Source: Promethearchaeota archaeon
Lineage (GTDB): Archaea; Asgardarchaeota; Lokiarchaeia; Sigyniarchaeales; SOKP01
NCBI GenBank assembly: GCA_008080735.1
Contig: SHMW01000048.1
Span: forward strand, 1-33,358
Reading direction: 5' to 3'
Length of the DNA: 33,358 bases
Shown: positions 13,577 to 22,749 of the stretch, in pieces
How the letters are laid out: each line of letters opens with the position of its first letter
How positions within the stretch are numbered: position 1 is the first letter of the stretch
Position numbers and translations under genes: made by a program
The notes under the pieces: model-generated
Database searches by the model: none
The model's input: the letters and a program-made list of their open reading frames with translations, nothing else
Told to the model about the DNA's origin: nothing

Positions 13577-14419
13577 TTAATCCTTCAAGAAATCTATGAT
13601 ATACTGATTGACTTCAGGAGCTTTTTCTCTTGGGGATTCATGGCCCGCATTTTCAATAACGATCAACTTACTATTCGGTATTTGCTCATGTATTCTCTCA
13701 TTCATTATTTTTGGGGTTTGTCTGTCCTTATCCGCGGTTAAAATTAATGTTTCAGCTTCTACACTGGGTAAATCATCATACGCATCGTAAGTTCCAAGTG
13801 CATGGGCTTGATTTTTGATATCTTGGGGTCTGGATGGGTTCGTTTTGCTGATTTCAATTAAGTCATTTGCAGAAAAGAGACCATAAAATACTTTATCTGG
13901 GTTATTTTCCATCTCTTTTCTAAATTTCCGATCAAATCCCATTTTAGCACCTTCAAAATATGCTTCCCTTGGGTTTTCTTGCATTTTATGATATTTGGAA
14001 ATCTGCGATTCTTTATACATTTCTAAACCTGTTTCATCGCCAGGCCATTTTGGTAAGGTATTAATGAGTATTAGCTTTTTCAATCGTGCGGGATAATTAA
14101 TGGCAAAAGTTTGGACAATCATTCCTCCTAATGACCAGCCCAGAATATGTGCTTTCTCAATTCCCAGATGGTCCATTAGACCTGCGATATCATCGGCAAA
14201 CATCTCCATTCTATATGGCTCATCTGGACGTTCAGATTTTCCCGCGCCTCTATTGTCAAATCTAATTACTTTAAAATGTTCAGCTAAAGGTTCGAATTGC
14301 GCGATCCACACTTCTTTATCCGCTCCGAACCCATGAACTAATATTAAAGGCTCTCCTTTTCCCTTAACTTCATAACAAATTTTTATTCCATTAATATCAG
14401 CAAATTTTTCTTCGCTCAT
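13577..14419 (-). CDS. Alpha/beta fold hydrolase (paralog 3 of tandem triplet)
   Basis: HGFG, FDNRGAGKS, nucleophile elbow GWSLGG, Asp in DKD and His in AGHES. Confidence 0.92.
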   Translation of the reverse strand: MSEEKFADINGIKICYEVKGKGEPLILVHGFGADKEVWIAQFEPLAEHFKVIRFDNRGAGKSERPDEPYRMEMFADDIAGLMDHLGIEKAHILGWSLGGMIVQTFAINYPARLKKLILINTLPKWPGDETGLEMYKESQISKYHKMQENPREAYFEGAKMGFDRKFRKEMENNPDKVFYGLFSANDLIEISKTNPSRPQDIKNQAHALGTYDAYDDLPSVEAETLILTADKDRQTPKIMNERIHEQIPNSKLIVIENAGHESPREKAPEVNQYIIDFLKD

Positions 14420-14464
14420 AGATAAATTTATGTTAACTTTTTATTATAATTTATTAGTTTAGTT

Positions 14465-15301
14465 TTAATTTTTCAGAAATTCGATTAATAGTTTATTTAC
14501 TTCGGGGGCATGTGATAAATGGAGAAAATGTCCAGAATTAGGTATAATTTCAATTTTACTATTTGGAATTTTTTTTTGGATTTCTAACATCGAAGATTTC
14601 GGAGTTAATCGATCATGAGAACCAGAAACTAATAACGTTTTATGTTTAATATTTTCAATTTGGTCTAATATATCATGAGATTTTAGTGTATAGCTTAAAT
14701 TCTCAATATCTTGAGGAGTGGAAGGATTTTTTGTGGTTTCCTCAATTAAATCTTCAGCTGAGAAGATTCCATAGAATTTTTTGCTCGGATTATTTTTCAT
14801 TTTCTTTCTAAAATCCTTATGGAATAGTAAACGAGATTTTTGCCAAAATGATTGTTCTGGATCCTCTTGTAGCGATTTTATTTCTTCCAGTCGTCCTTTT
14901 TTGATTAATTCTGCGGCTTTCTCATCAGGAACTCGTGGATTAGTCGTCATTAGAACTAATTTATCAACTTTATTTGGATATTTCAAGACAAAGTATTGTG
15001 CTATCATCCCTCCTAAGGATCGTCCAATAATATGTGCTGATTCCAGCTCTAGTGAATCCATTAAGCCCTTTATATCATCGGCAAGCATTTCCATAGTATA
15101 GGGCATATCTGGTCTGTCTGATTTACCAACCCCACGCAAATCTACAGCAATGACTCTAAAGTACTTGCTTAAATCATTTATTTGAGAAATCCATGTTTCC
15201 TTTTTTCCCCCTATTCCATGAATTAAAATTAAAGGCTCTCCTTCTCCTTTTTCAATAAAAGAAAGGTTTAATCCATTTATATCTGTGAATTTTTCGGTCA
15301 T
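14465..15301 (-). CDS. Alpha/beta fold hydrolase (paralog 2 of tandem triplet)
   Basis: HGIGG, DLRGVGKS, GRSLGG, GSHD and SGHF. Confidence 0.92.
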   Translation of the reverse strand: MTEKFTDINGLNLSFIEKGEGEPLILIHGIGGKKETWISQINDLSKYFRVIAVDLRGVGKSDRPDMPYTMEMLADDIKGLMDSLELESAHIIGRSLGGMIAQYFVLKYPNKVDKLVLMTTNPRVPDEKAAELIKKGRLEEIKSLQEDPEQSFWQKSRLLFHKDFRKKMKNNPSKKFYGIFSAEDLIEETTKNPSTPQDIENLSYTLKSHDILDQIENIKHKTLLVSGSHDRLTPKSSMLEIQKKIPNSKIEIIPNSGHFLHLSHAPEVNKLLIEFLKN

Positions 15302-15355
15302 ATTAATATCTTAAATATGTAAATCTCCTTTATAATGCAAAATTATTTACCATTA

Positions 15356-16189
15356 TTATTCTTGTAGAAAATTTTTGATTAATTCATTAATTTTTGGAGC
15401 TTTTGAGATTGGTGATCCATGTCCCGCTTTTTTTATTATTACTAATCTACTATTAGGTAGCTTTTTATACATTTCAATCATTTGAGAATGGGGTAAAATT
15501 CTATCATTTTCTGCACCAATTAATAAAATTGGAGTCTCAATTGAGGATAATTTATCGATTAGATTAAAGTTATTAAAGGAATGACCTTGATTTATAAGAT
15601 CTTCCTTGTTAATTGTTTTATTTTTGAATTTTTCGATCAAATCATCTAAAGTAAATAGATGATAAAACTTCTTTGTAGGATTCTTCTTCAATTCTCTTCT
15701 GAAACTCCTATGAAATAAAAACATCGCATCATTCCAAAATAAATCCTCTGGATTGACATTTTCAGCATTTAGTGAATTTAATGAGGATTGAACAACAATT
15801 TCTCCCATCTCTCCCGAATAATGTGTATTTATGAGTATTGCCTTATTCACCATTTCAGGATAAGAGACTAAAAATTGTTGAACTACCATCCCGCCTAGAC
15901 TTCTGCCCGCAATATATGCCCTTTGGATTTCTAAAAAATCCATTAGCGCTTTTAAATCTTGCGCAAAGGTTTCCATTGTGATTGGTTGGTTTGGATGATC
16001 TGACATTCCCGCGCATCTATTATCAAAATAAATAATTTTAAAAGATTTACTTAGATCTATAACTTGAGGCAACCAATCTTCTTTCTGTCCGCCGTATCCA
16101 TGAATTAGGATTAATGGATCTCCTTTTCCGGATATGTTATAACATAGTTCTATTCCGTTCACTTGAGCTTTCATATCTGGCATAATCAA
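15356..16189 (-). CDS. Alpha/beta fold hydrolase (paralog 1 of tandem triplet)
   Basis: HGYGG, FDNRCAGMS, GRSLGG, AEND and AGHG. The start may be one of the downstream ATGs. Confidence 0.92.
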   Translation of the reverse strand: MIMPDMKAQVNGIELCYNISGKGDPLILIHGYGGQKEDWLPQVIDLSKSFKIIYFDNRCAGMSDHPNQPITMETFAQDLKALMDFLEIQRAYIAGRSLGGMVVQQFLVSYPEMVNKAILINTHYSGEMGEIVVQSSLNSLNAENVNPEDLFWNDAMFLFHRSFRRELKKNPTKKFYHLFTLDDLIEKFKNKTINKEDLINQGHSFNNFNLIDKLSSIETPILLIGAENDRILPHSQMIEMYKKLPNSRLVIIKKAGHGSPISKAPKINELIKNFLQE

Positions 16190-16286
16190 AAATTAAAAGT
16201 TTAAAAAATTCTAATTGAAGAAATTTAATGTCGAATATTTTTAATACCTAATTAATTTGGAAAAACTGCCTTTCAAGCAATAAGTT

Positions 16287-17339
16287 TTATCTTTCACAAA
16301 TAAGGTGTCCACAATGATTACATTTACCAAAAGCATCGAGATTGGAGAGGTCTATATTAAATCCAAACCTTTCTATGACTAAGCGCGCACAATTAGGACA
16401 ATAGGTATTAGAACCCTTCTTACCAGAGATATTCCCTAAATATACGTAATCTAATCCTGCAGTTTTTGCCATTTCAAACGCATTTTCGAGAATATTTATC
16501 TCTGTTGATGAGATAAAACCGTGTTCATCTGATTTGAAATAAGGAAAAGCACGTGTAAAATGTAGTGGTGTTGATTTACTTAAATTCTTCTTTATTTGCT
16601 CGATGATATTTCGAATTATTATTTCGTCAGTGTTAAAACCTTCTATTAATAAATTTGTAATTTCCACATGTACATCATTTTGAGCAAATAGTATAGCATT
16701 TCTCCAAATTTTTTCATTATCAGCCCCACAATATTTTTTAACCATCTCTGAACCTCCCTTAATATCAATATTAATTGCGTCCAGACCATTATCTATCAGA
16801 TCTTTAGCAACCTCTTCCGTCATATAACCATTCGATACGTATGTGGTATAAAGCCCTTCTTTTTTCGCCAATTTAAACACATCTAAAGAGTATTCAAATA
16901 ATAAAGTTGGTTCATTAAAGGAAATCGAGACACCTTCGCAGTTATTTTTAATAGCTCTTTCCATTAAACCTTCGGGAGATAAATGTTCCTTCTCATTTTG
17001 TATTTTATATTTAATAGGTGTCTCAGGATGGGATAAATGGTAATTTTGGCACCAGAAACAACTTAAATTACATCCATATGTTCCAACAGTATAAGCGGTA
17101 GACCCAGGATGGAAATTGTAGAAAGGTTTTTTTTCAATGGGATTAACTGATTCTGCAGGTATTTTGCCATAAATTATCGAGTGGATTTCACCGTCTATAT
17201 TCATTCTAGTGCCACAAAATCCTGTATTTTTATTTTTTATCTTGCATTTTCGTTCACAAGTCAGACATTGAGTAATATCTTCACCAATTTTTTTCTGATA
17301 CTTGCTTTTCTTTACGAATTTATTTTTGAAGGAATTCAT
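16287..17339 (-). CDS. amrS: AmmeMemoRadiSam system radical SAM enzyme
   Basis: N-terminal CLTCERKC...GFCGTR, PIEKKPFYNFHPG, radical SAM CNLSCFWCQN, SFNEP and C-terminal CPNC/CNHC zinc motifs. Confidence 0.92.
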   Translation of the reverse strand: MNSFKNKFVKKSKYQKKIGEDITQCLTCERKCKIKNKNTGFCGTRMNIDGEIHSIIYGKIPAESVNPIEKKPFYNFHPGSTAYTVGTYGCNLSCFWCQNYHLSHPETPIKYKIQNEKEHLSPEGLMERAIKNNCEGVSISFNEPTLLFEYSLDVFKLAKKEGLYTTYVSNGYMTEEVAKDLIDNGLDAINIDIKGGSEMVKKYCGADNEKIWRNAILFAQNDVHVEITNLLIEGFNTDEIIIRNIIEQIKKNLSKSTPLHFTRAFPYFKSDEHGFISSTEINILENAFEMAKTAGLDYVYLGNISGKKGSNTYCPNCARLVIERFGFNIDLSNLDAFGKCNHCGHLICER

Positions 17340-17468
17340 ATTATACTCCTTAATAATAGAATTTCATTTAAGAGATTAAAAAATTTCAGTAAAAAAATCA
17401 TTTGAATCAGCGTTTCTTTCTCTCCAATCAAAAATAGATATATATAGAAAGCTATCGAATTAATATCT

Positions 17469-19697
17469 ATGTTTAATTGGATTATATTAGTGTTTTACTT
17501 TTTAGATATCAATAATTTCATAACAATCGAGCAAATATTAATTATAAACTTACCGCTTTTGCTTTTTTCTCGAGGAATATTTATAACTCTCATCATTTTT
17601 AAATTTCGTGGAGAATACAATTCTCTTTTAAATCGTAAACTAAAATCTGAAGCTCAGAACATAGCTATACTTCGCATTTTAAAGGAAATAGGGATTCTTC
17701 TCATTGGAATAATATATTTTCCTATAGCAGTTTTTCTTTTCTTCTATTCTTTAATGAGGGCATTAAATCTCATTGAAGATATTGGAATATCAAGTAGGAA
17801 TAAGAAATTCGAAATCATAGGGAAAGTTCTTCTTTTTGTATTTCCAATAGGGGGTATTTTTTGGTTTGTTTTTATGAATGAATTATACTCTCTGATCGCG
17901 GTTTCTCTTAGCATTCTTTATGCTTTCTATAAATTCAAAAGAAATAATATATCAAACTTGATCAAATATCTTGAAAATTATTATTCTAAACGCTTAAACA
18001 GACTGGATAAGTCGGGAAAAGTAATAAGGTTTGCGGGGCTCTCTTTTCTAATTATCTTTCCTTTCTCCTTTATTATCATCACTGGTATATATAGTCCTCC
18101 AGATAAAATGACTATTATGATCAAAATGAGAGATGGAATTGAATTAGCAACAGACGTTTATCTCGCTCCTGGTTCCTTTGGCTCACCTAAACCCGTTATT
18201 TTAGTGAGAACACCCTATGGAAAGGATTTAATGGGTGAATACTATGGATTGCTCTATAATACACAAGATTATCATATGGTTGTACAAGATTGTAGAGGAA
18301 CATTTGATTCGGGAGGGAAAGAGGATTTTATGATATTCATGAGAGCATATCAAGATGGTGTTGATACTATTAATTGGATTCTCAGTCAGAGTTGGAGTAA
18401 TGGTAAAATCGCGAGTGCAGGACCATCAGCACTCTGTATCAATCAATATTATTATGCGGGTATGAATCCGGAGGGTTTGGTAGGACAATCTCTCATGATT
18501 GGTACTCCTGACTTATATAAAACTAGTATTTACCAAGGAGGTGCACTAAAGCAGAATTTAGTAATCGAATGGATAAAGGGAGTAGCACCAGATAATTTTG
18601 AATATCAGCTTCAAACTATAATAGACCATCCTTTACAAGACTACTTATATAATACTACTTCTCTTTTCATGGAAGCGGGTCCAAATTTTGAAAATGTCAG
18701 TATCCCTGCACTTCACATTGGGGGATGGTATGATACTTTCCAACAAGGAACTTTAGATGGTTATATTGGTTATAATGAAAAATCGAAAGCCAAAGGAAAA
18801 CAACTTTTAATTATGACCCCTTCAACACATGGTATGCCTGGAGAGGGAAAATGTGGAGAAATAGTATTCCCAACAACAAATTATAACGGATTTAATCTAT
18901 ATATGGATTGGGAACAGAGATTATTAGAGCATGTTTTACTAGGAACACCATTTGATTGGTCAAGTAATAGAATTGTATATTATTTAATGGGAGATGTAGA
19001 AGATGATTCTGTGGATGCTAATAAATATAAATTTGCATCTGATTGGCCCGTTCCTCATGATAATGATACTTGGTATCTGAATTCGACTGATACTATTGGA
19101 TTATCTAATAATTCTATTCCAATAAACAATTTGAATTATTCATATCTATTTGATCCTCGAGATCCTGTTCCAACCATAGGTGGGAATAATCTGCTTCTAA
19201 ATTCGGGCCCCTATGATCAACGAGAAGTAGAATCAAGAGATGATGTCTTGGTATTCACATCATCTGAATTAGATAATCCTTATACAATCGTAGGAAAATT
19301 ATGGGCAGAATTATATGTCATGTCGAATTGTACTAACACCGATTTTACCGTCAAATTATGTGATGTGTATCCCGATGGAAGGTCTATATTAATAGCAGAT
19401 GGGATTATTAATACCGCCAGAAGGGATGGCTTTAATAAAACGGCAGCCAATTTGAATGAAAGTGGCGTTCAGAAAGTTATTATTGATTTGTGGTCTACTG
19501 CATATCAATTTAATACAGGTCATAGAATACGTGTATCGATATCAAGTTCAAATTATCCTCGTTTTAGAATTAACCCAAATACGGGAGAAGAAGCTAAGAT
19601 ATATCCATACCAATATCTTCAAAGATCAATCGCCAATAACACTATTTTAACTGGAGGTTCCTTTAATTCTTCAATAATTCTGCCAAGATTAATATGA
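17469..19697 (+). CDS. CocE/NonD family hydrolase with N-terminal multi-pass membrane region
   Basis: MRDGIELATDVY, RTPYGK, QDCRG, WSNGKI, Ser in GPSAL, GGWYD, His in PSTHG, DPVPTIGG and GHRIRVSISSSNYPRF. The first ~210 aa are hydrophobic. Confidence 0.9.
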   Translation: MFNWIILVFYFLDINNFITIEQILIINLPLLLFSRGIFITLIIFKFRGEYNSLLNRKLKSEAQNIAILRILKEIGILLIGIIYFPIAVFLFFYSLMRALNLIEDIGISSRNKKFEIIGKVLLFVFPIGGIFWFVFMNELYSLIAVSLSILYAFYKFKRNNISNLIKYLENYYSKRLNRLDKSGKVIRFAGLSFLIIFPFSFIIITGIYSPPDKMTIMIKMRDGIELATDVYLAPGSFGSPKPVILVRTPYGKDLMGEYYGLLYNTQDYHMVVQDCRGTFDSGGKEDFMIFMRAYQDGVDTINWILSQSWSNGKIASAGPSALCINQYYYAGMNPEGLVGQSLMIGTPDLYKTSIYQGGALKQNLVIEWIKGVAPDNFEYQLQTIIDHPLQDYLYNTTSLFMEAGPNFENVSIPALHIGGWYDTFQQGTLDGYIGYNEKSKAKGKQLLIMTPSTHGMPGEGKCGEIVFPTTNYNGFNLYMDWEQRLLEHVLLGTPFDWSSNRIVYYLMGDVEDDSVDANKYKFASDWPVPHDNDTWYLNSTDTIGLSNNSIPINNLNYSYLFDPRDPVPTIGGNNLLLNSGPYDQREVESRDDVLVFTSSELDNPYTIVGKLWAELYVMSNCTNTDFTVKLCDVYPDGRSILIADGIINTARRDGFNKTAANLNESGVQKVIIDLWSTAYQFNTGHRIRVSISSSNYPRFRINPNTGEEAKIYPYQYLQRSIANNTILTGGSFNSSIILPRLI

Positions 19698-19844
19698 GGT
19701 CAAATAATTCTTTTTAATTATTTTTAGATGAAAAAGCTTAGTTTCCATATTATTGGCTCCAATATGTATGATAGCTATAAGGAGGAAAAAAAAGTTAAAC
19801 TAATTTTACATTTTATCCATCTAATTAGAATAAAAAAAAAGCAT

Positions 19845-20393
19845 TCAGGGGATTATTATTAATTCGAAATAATCCAATACTATAAAAATCAGCGATATAA
19901 ATTCAAAAAATATCCAGATGTTGCGCTTCATACTTCTCAATATTTTGAATGCTTTCCCAGAATAATTGATGCTATTATAAATGATTATTAAAACCCATGC
20001 GCTTATGAGAAATGCAAATGGGAGTGCAAGAATTAAATAGTTTTTTCCTACATCATCTATTAGATATTTGTACCCGAGAAATGCAAAAGCGATTATTACC
20101 AAGGTAAATCCGAGTCCAAACGAGTATTCGGCAAAGCTAACAAATCTAAAAACCTTTTCTTCATCGAAATCGCTCTGTTTTATTTCAAATTTCGCTTTAG
20201 AATTAGCGGAAACAGAATTAACAAATAAAATAAATCCTATCATTAGTAGAAAGGTCGCTGTAATTATCCCGTTGCTGGGACGATTAGGCCAGATTAGTGC
20301 TAAGATGGTTAAGACGATTCCTATCATCGTAGTTGATAGTACGATCCAATCTTTTACATTAATTTCTTCTTCTTTTGAGCTCACATTTATCAC
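19845..20393 (-). CDS. Hypothetical integral membrane protein (about 5 TM)
   Basis: 182-aa GTG ORF with about five hydrophobic segments; family not recognised. Confidence 0.7.
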   Translation of the reverse strand: MINVSSKEEEINVKDWIVLSTTMIGIVLTILALIWPNRPSNGIITATFLLMIGFILFVNSVSANSKAKFEIKQSDFDEEKVFRFVSFAEYSFGLGFTLVIIAFAFLGYKYLIDDVGKNYLILALPFAFLISAWVLIIIYNSINYSGKAFKILRSMKRNIWIFFEFISLIFIVLDYFELIIIP

Positions 20394-20517
20394 ATTAGAT
20401 TAATAGAGTATTATAGATTTTTAATCATTAGTTCCTATTTAAAGTTTTACAAAATAGTAAGATTATACTAACAGGCACTTATTGCTTGAGGATGGATTTT
20501 AAGAATGAGATTTTTGG

Positions 20518-22698
20518 TTAATTAAAAAATTCCTTAACCACAATTCTTGAAAACTGAACTAATTTTTCCCCAAGATCAGTTTTTTGACTTGAATTTGCTA
20601 AAATCCAATATTTACCATAAAGTTTATCCAAATATTCCCCTTTAGCATCAATAGAAAACGCAAAAACGTTAAAGCGCTTTCTCACTTCTTGGATCTCATC
20701 TTCAGCATCTTTTAATCCATAACTACGCCCTGCTGGTTGTCCGTCTGAAATTACTATTATTATCTCATTTCCGTCCAATTTAGAAGCTTCATGTTTCAGT
20801 GATATCCCATCTAAATTAGAATTGATGTTTTGATGACATCCAAACAAATCAAATTTATTTAGATCTGCATTTTCATTAAAATCTTTTACTAAAATGTTCC
20901 TCGCATCAAAATCTCCCGCAAATAAGACAATTCGTAATAACGCAATACCTTGTAGTGCTTCACACAGTAATATCATGGCGATCTTTGCCGCTTCTAATTT
21001 TTTGCCTTTCATACTTCCACTAATATCAACCATTAGCAAAATTTTCAACGTCTTTTGATTCAGTTTCCTTGTAAAGCATTTTTTATATGTATAATTACTT
21101 GTAATTGCTTTAATAAATCCTTTATTTAACCTACCAATATTTTGATGAGTATCATATTCTTTTTGATTATGTAAGGTGCTAAATATGAGCTTAACCCTGT
21201 AAATCAAATTCTGATGTGCTTCTAAAATTTCTTTCGATGTAATATTTATGGGATTCATTTGATCATCTTTTATATTAGTTTCTATTACTTCACGATTGTA
21301 TTTTTTATCACTACTCATTTTTTGGTTCTCGAGAGCTTCTAATCTAATAAACCTCTCCTTCATCTCATCATTAGAGTCCTCAATTAAATCTAATATATTA
21401 TCTAAAAAGCTTTTACTGAGGGAATCTTTATCTGAATCATCATCTCCATCAATTATACAAATAATTTCTTCTTCGTCCTTTTTTTGCTTAAAATCATTTG
21501 AGTATTCTGATTCTATCTCATCAATATGTATTTCTTTAGATTCTAACTCATCGTTAAAACTATATTCCATATCAAAATCACTTAATGAACTTTCAAAATC
21601 TTTACATTTTACTTTCCTATTTTGGTTTTCCTCTTCTAGGTTTTCTAAATTTTCTAACAATTCTTTTAGATCATCATGGGATAAATCATTTTTCTCAAGA
21701 GCTTTAATTGTATCTTTACTAGATTTTTCGATATTCGACTGTTCTTTTTTCTCCTCTTCAGATGAAAAATTTTCCATTTGAGAGATGAATTCTTCTCCAT
21801 CCTCAAAAATGCTTATAGGTTTAGCTCGTTCAAAATCGACATCTTCAATATAGAACGGATCCGCCATCTTATTAGCTTCCTTTGGGAGAGATAATTCAAT
21901 TTCTTCCATCTCTTTCTTCTTTATTTCGGGAGTGGCGTCTTCGTCTAGGATGACATAATCTGAGCTCCTACGATTTCCATGCTTAGTGGATCGATTGGAT
22001 GAGTAATGTGATCCAGACCTTTGTGTTCTTTTCACAACAACTTTTTTTCTTTTAAAATATTTTCTAAGAATTTTACAGAGTTGATCACTGATAATTATGG
22101 ATGTACTAGGAGTTAGAGATTTTAAGAGGAGTTTTTTCATGGTTTTAATCGTTTCCCAATCCTCCTTCTCCATTTCTTTAGCAGGAAAAACGGGTTTTAG
22201 TTGAAAATCTGGATAATCTTCCATAAAGAGATTTATATAGAGTAATATATCTCCGTATAATTGCATTTTCTTTTTAATTTCTGGTAAAATTTCGAGTGTG
22301 TATTTTCTTAGATAATTATAAAAGCCGGGGAATCTAGCCTTGTTTATCATGTCTATTCTCACATCTTCCACAACGTTTACAATCTTCTTCACAAGATTTT
22401 GCGGTAGAGCATATTTTTTTGATAACGATTTGGAAAGATTGATAAAAGAAAGCTCGAAAGAACCATATCCAATGTGCCCGCTCTCATGAGCGATGAATCC
22501 TTGAGAATAAATGAGATTTTTTTTAAATTTAGTAGGTAGGTATATATATGGTCCATTAGTGTAAATTAATCTCGTCTGTGTATATTGGATTTTAATCTTT
22601 CTTCTCCCACTTATCCGTTTCGCGAGATTTGTTAAAGCATTTAAATCTGTATAGAAATCTGGTTCGTATATATTAAATATTCCTTCCATTTTAATCAA
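20518..22698 (-). CDS. vWA domain protein, NorD/CbbO/CobT-like partner of a MoxR ATPase
   Basis: C-terminal vWA with MIDAS DISGSM, NLDG and ISDGQP; N-terminal HESGH...NVVEDVRID; long D/E-rich central region; 51 bp downstream of the AAA gene. Confidence 0.88.
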   Translation of the reverse strand: MIKMEGIFNIYEPDFYTDLNALTNLAKRISGRRKIKIQYTQTRLIYTNGPYIYLPTKFKKNLIYSQGFIAHESGHIGYGSFELSFINLSKSLSKKYALPQNLVKKIVNVVEDVRIDMINKARFPGFYNYLRKYTLEILPEIKKKMQLYGDILLYINLFMEDYPDFQLKPVFPAKEMEKEDWETIKTMKKLLLKSLTPSTSIIISDQLCKILRKYFKRKKVVVKRTQRSGSHYSSNRSTKHGNRRSSDYVILDEDATPEIKKKEMEEIELSLPKEANKMADPFYIEDVDFERAKPISIFEDGEEFISQMENFSSEEEKKEQSNIEKSSKDTIKALEKNDLSHDDLKELLENLENLEEENQNRKVKCKDFESSLSDFDMEYSFNDELESKEIHIDEIESEYSNDFKQKKDEEEIICIIDGDDDSDKDSLSKSFLDNILDLIEDSNDEMKERFIRLEALENQKMSSDKKYNREVIETNIKDDQMNPINITSKEILEAHQNLIYRVKLIFSTLHNQKEYDTHQNIGRLNKGFIKAITSNYTYKKCFTRKLNQKTLKILLMVDISGSMKGKKLEAAKIAMILLCEALQGIALLRIVLFAGDFDARNILVKDFNENADLNKFDLFGCHQNINSNLDGISLKHEASKLDGNEIIIVISDGQPAGRSYGLKDAEDEIQEVRKRFNVFAFSIDAKGEYLDKLYGKYWILANSSQKTDLGEKLVQFSRIVVKEFFN

Positions 22699-22749
22699 GT
22701 AAATTGGTTTTAAGTTAAAAAATAAAAATTATAAAGAAATCTGATCTAA

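Noticed and set aside
21296-21781. 161-aa + strand ORF and the other short antisense ORFs (e.g. 1051, 6162, 10039, 12414, 14781, 20068, 23051, 30711, 32770)
   Set aside because: They lie opposite well-supported genes, and their S/F/L/I-rich composition is the expected antisense shadow of E/K-rich coding sequence.
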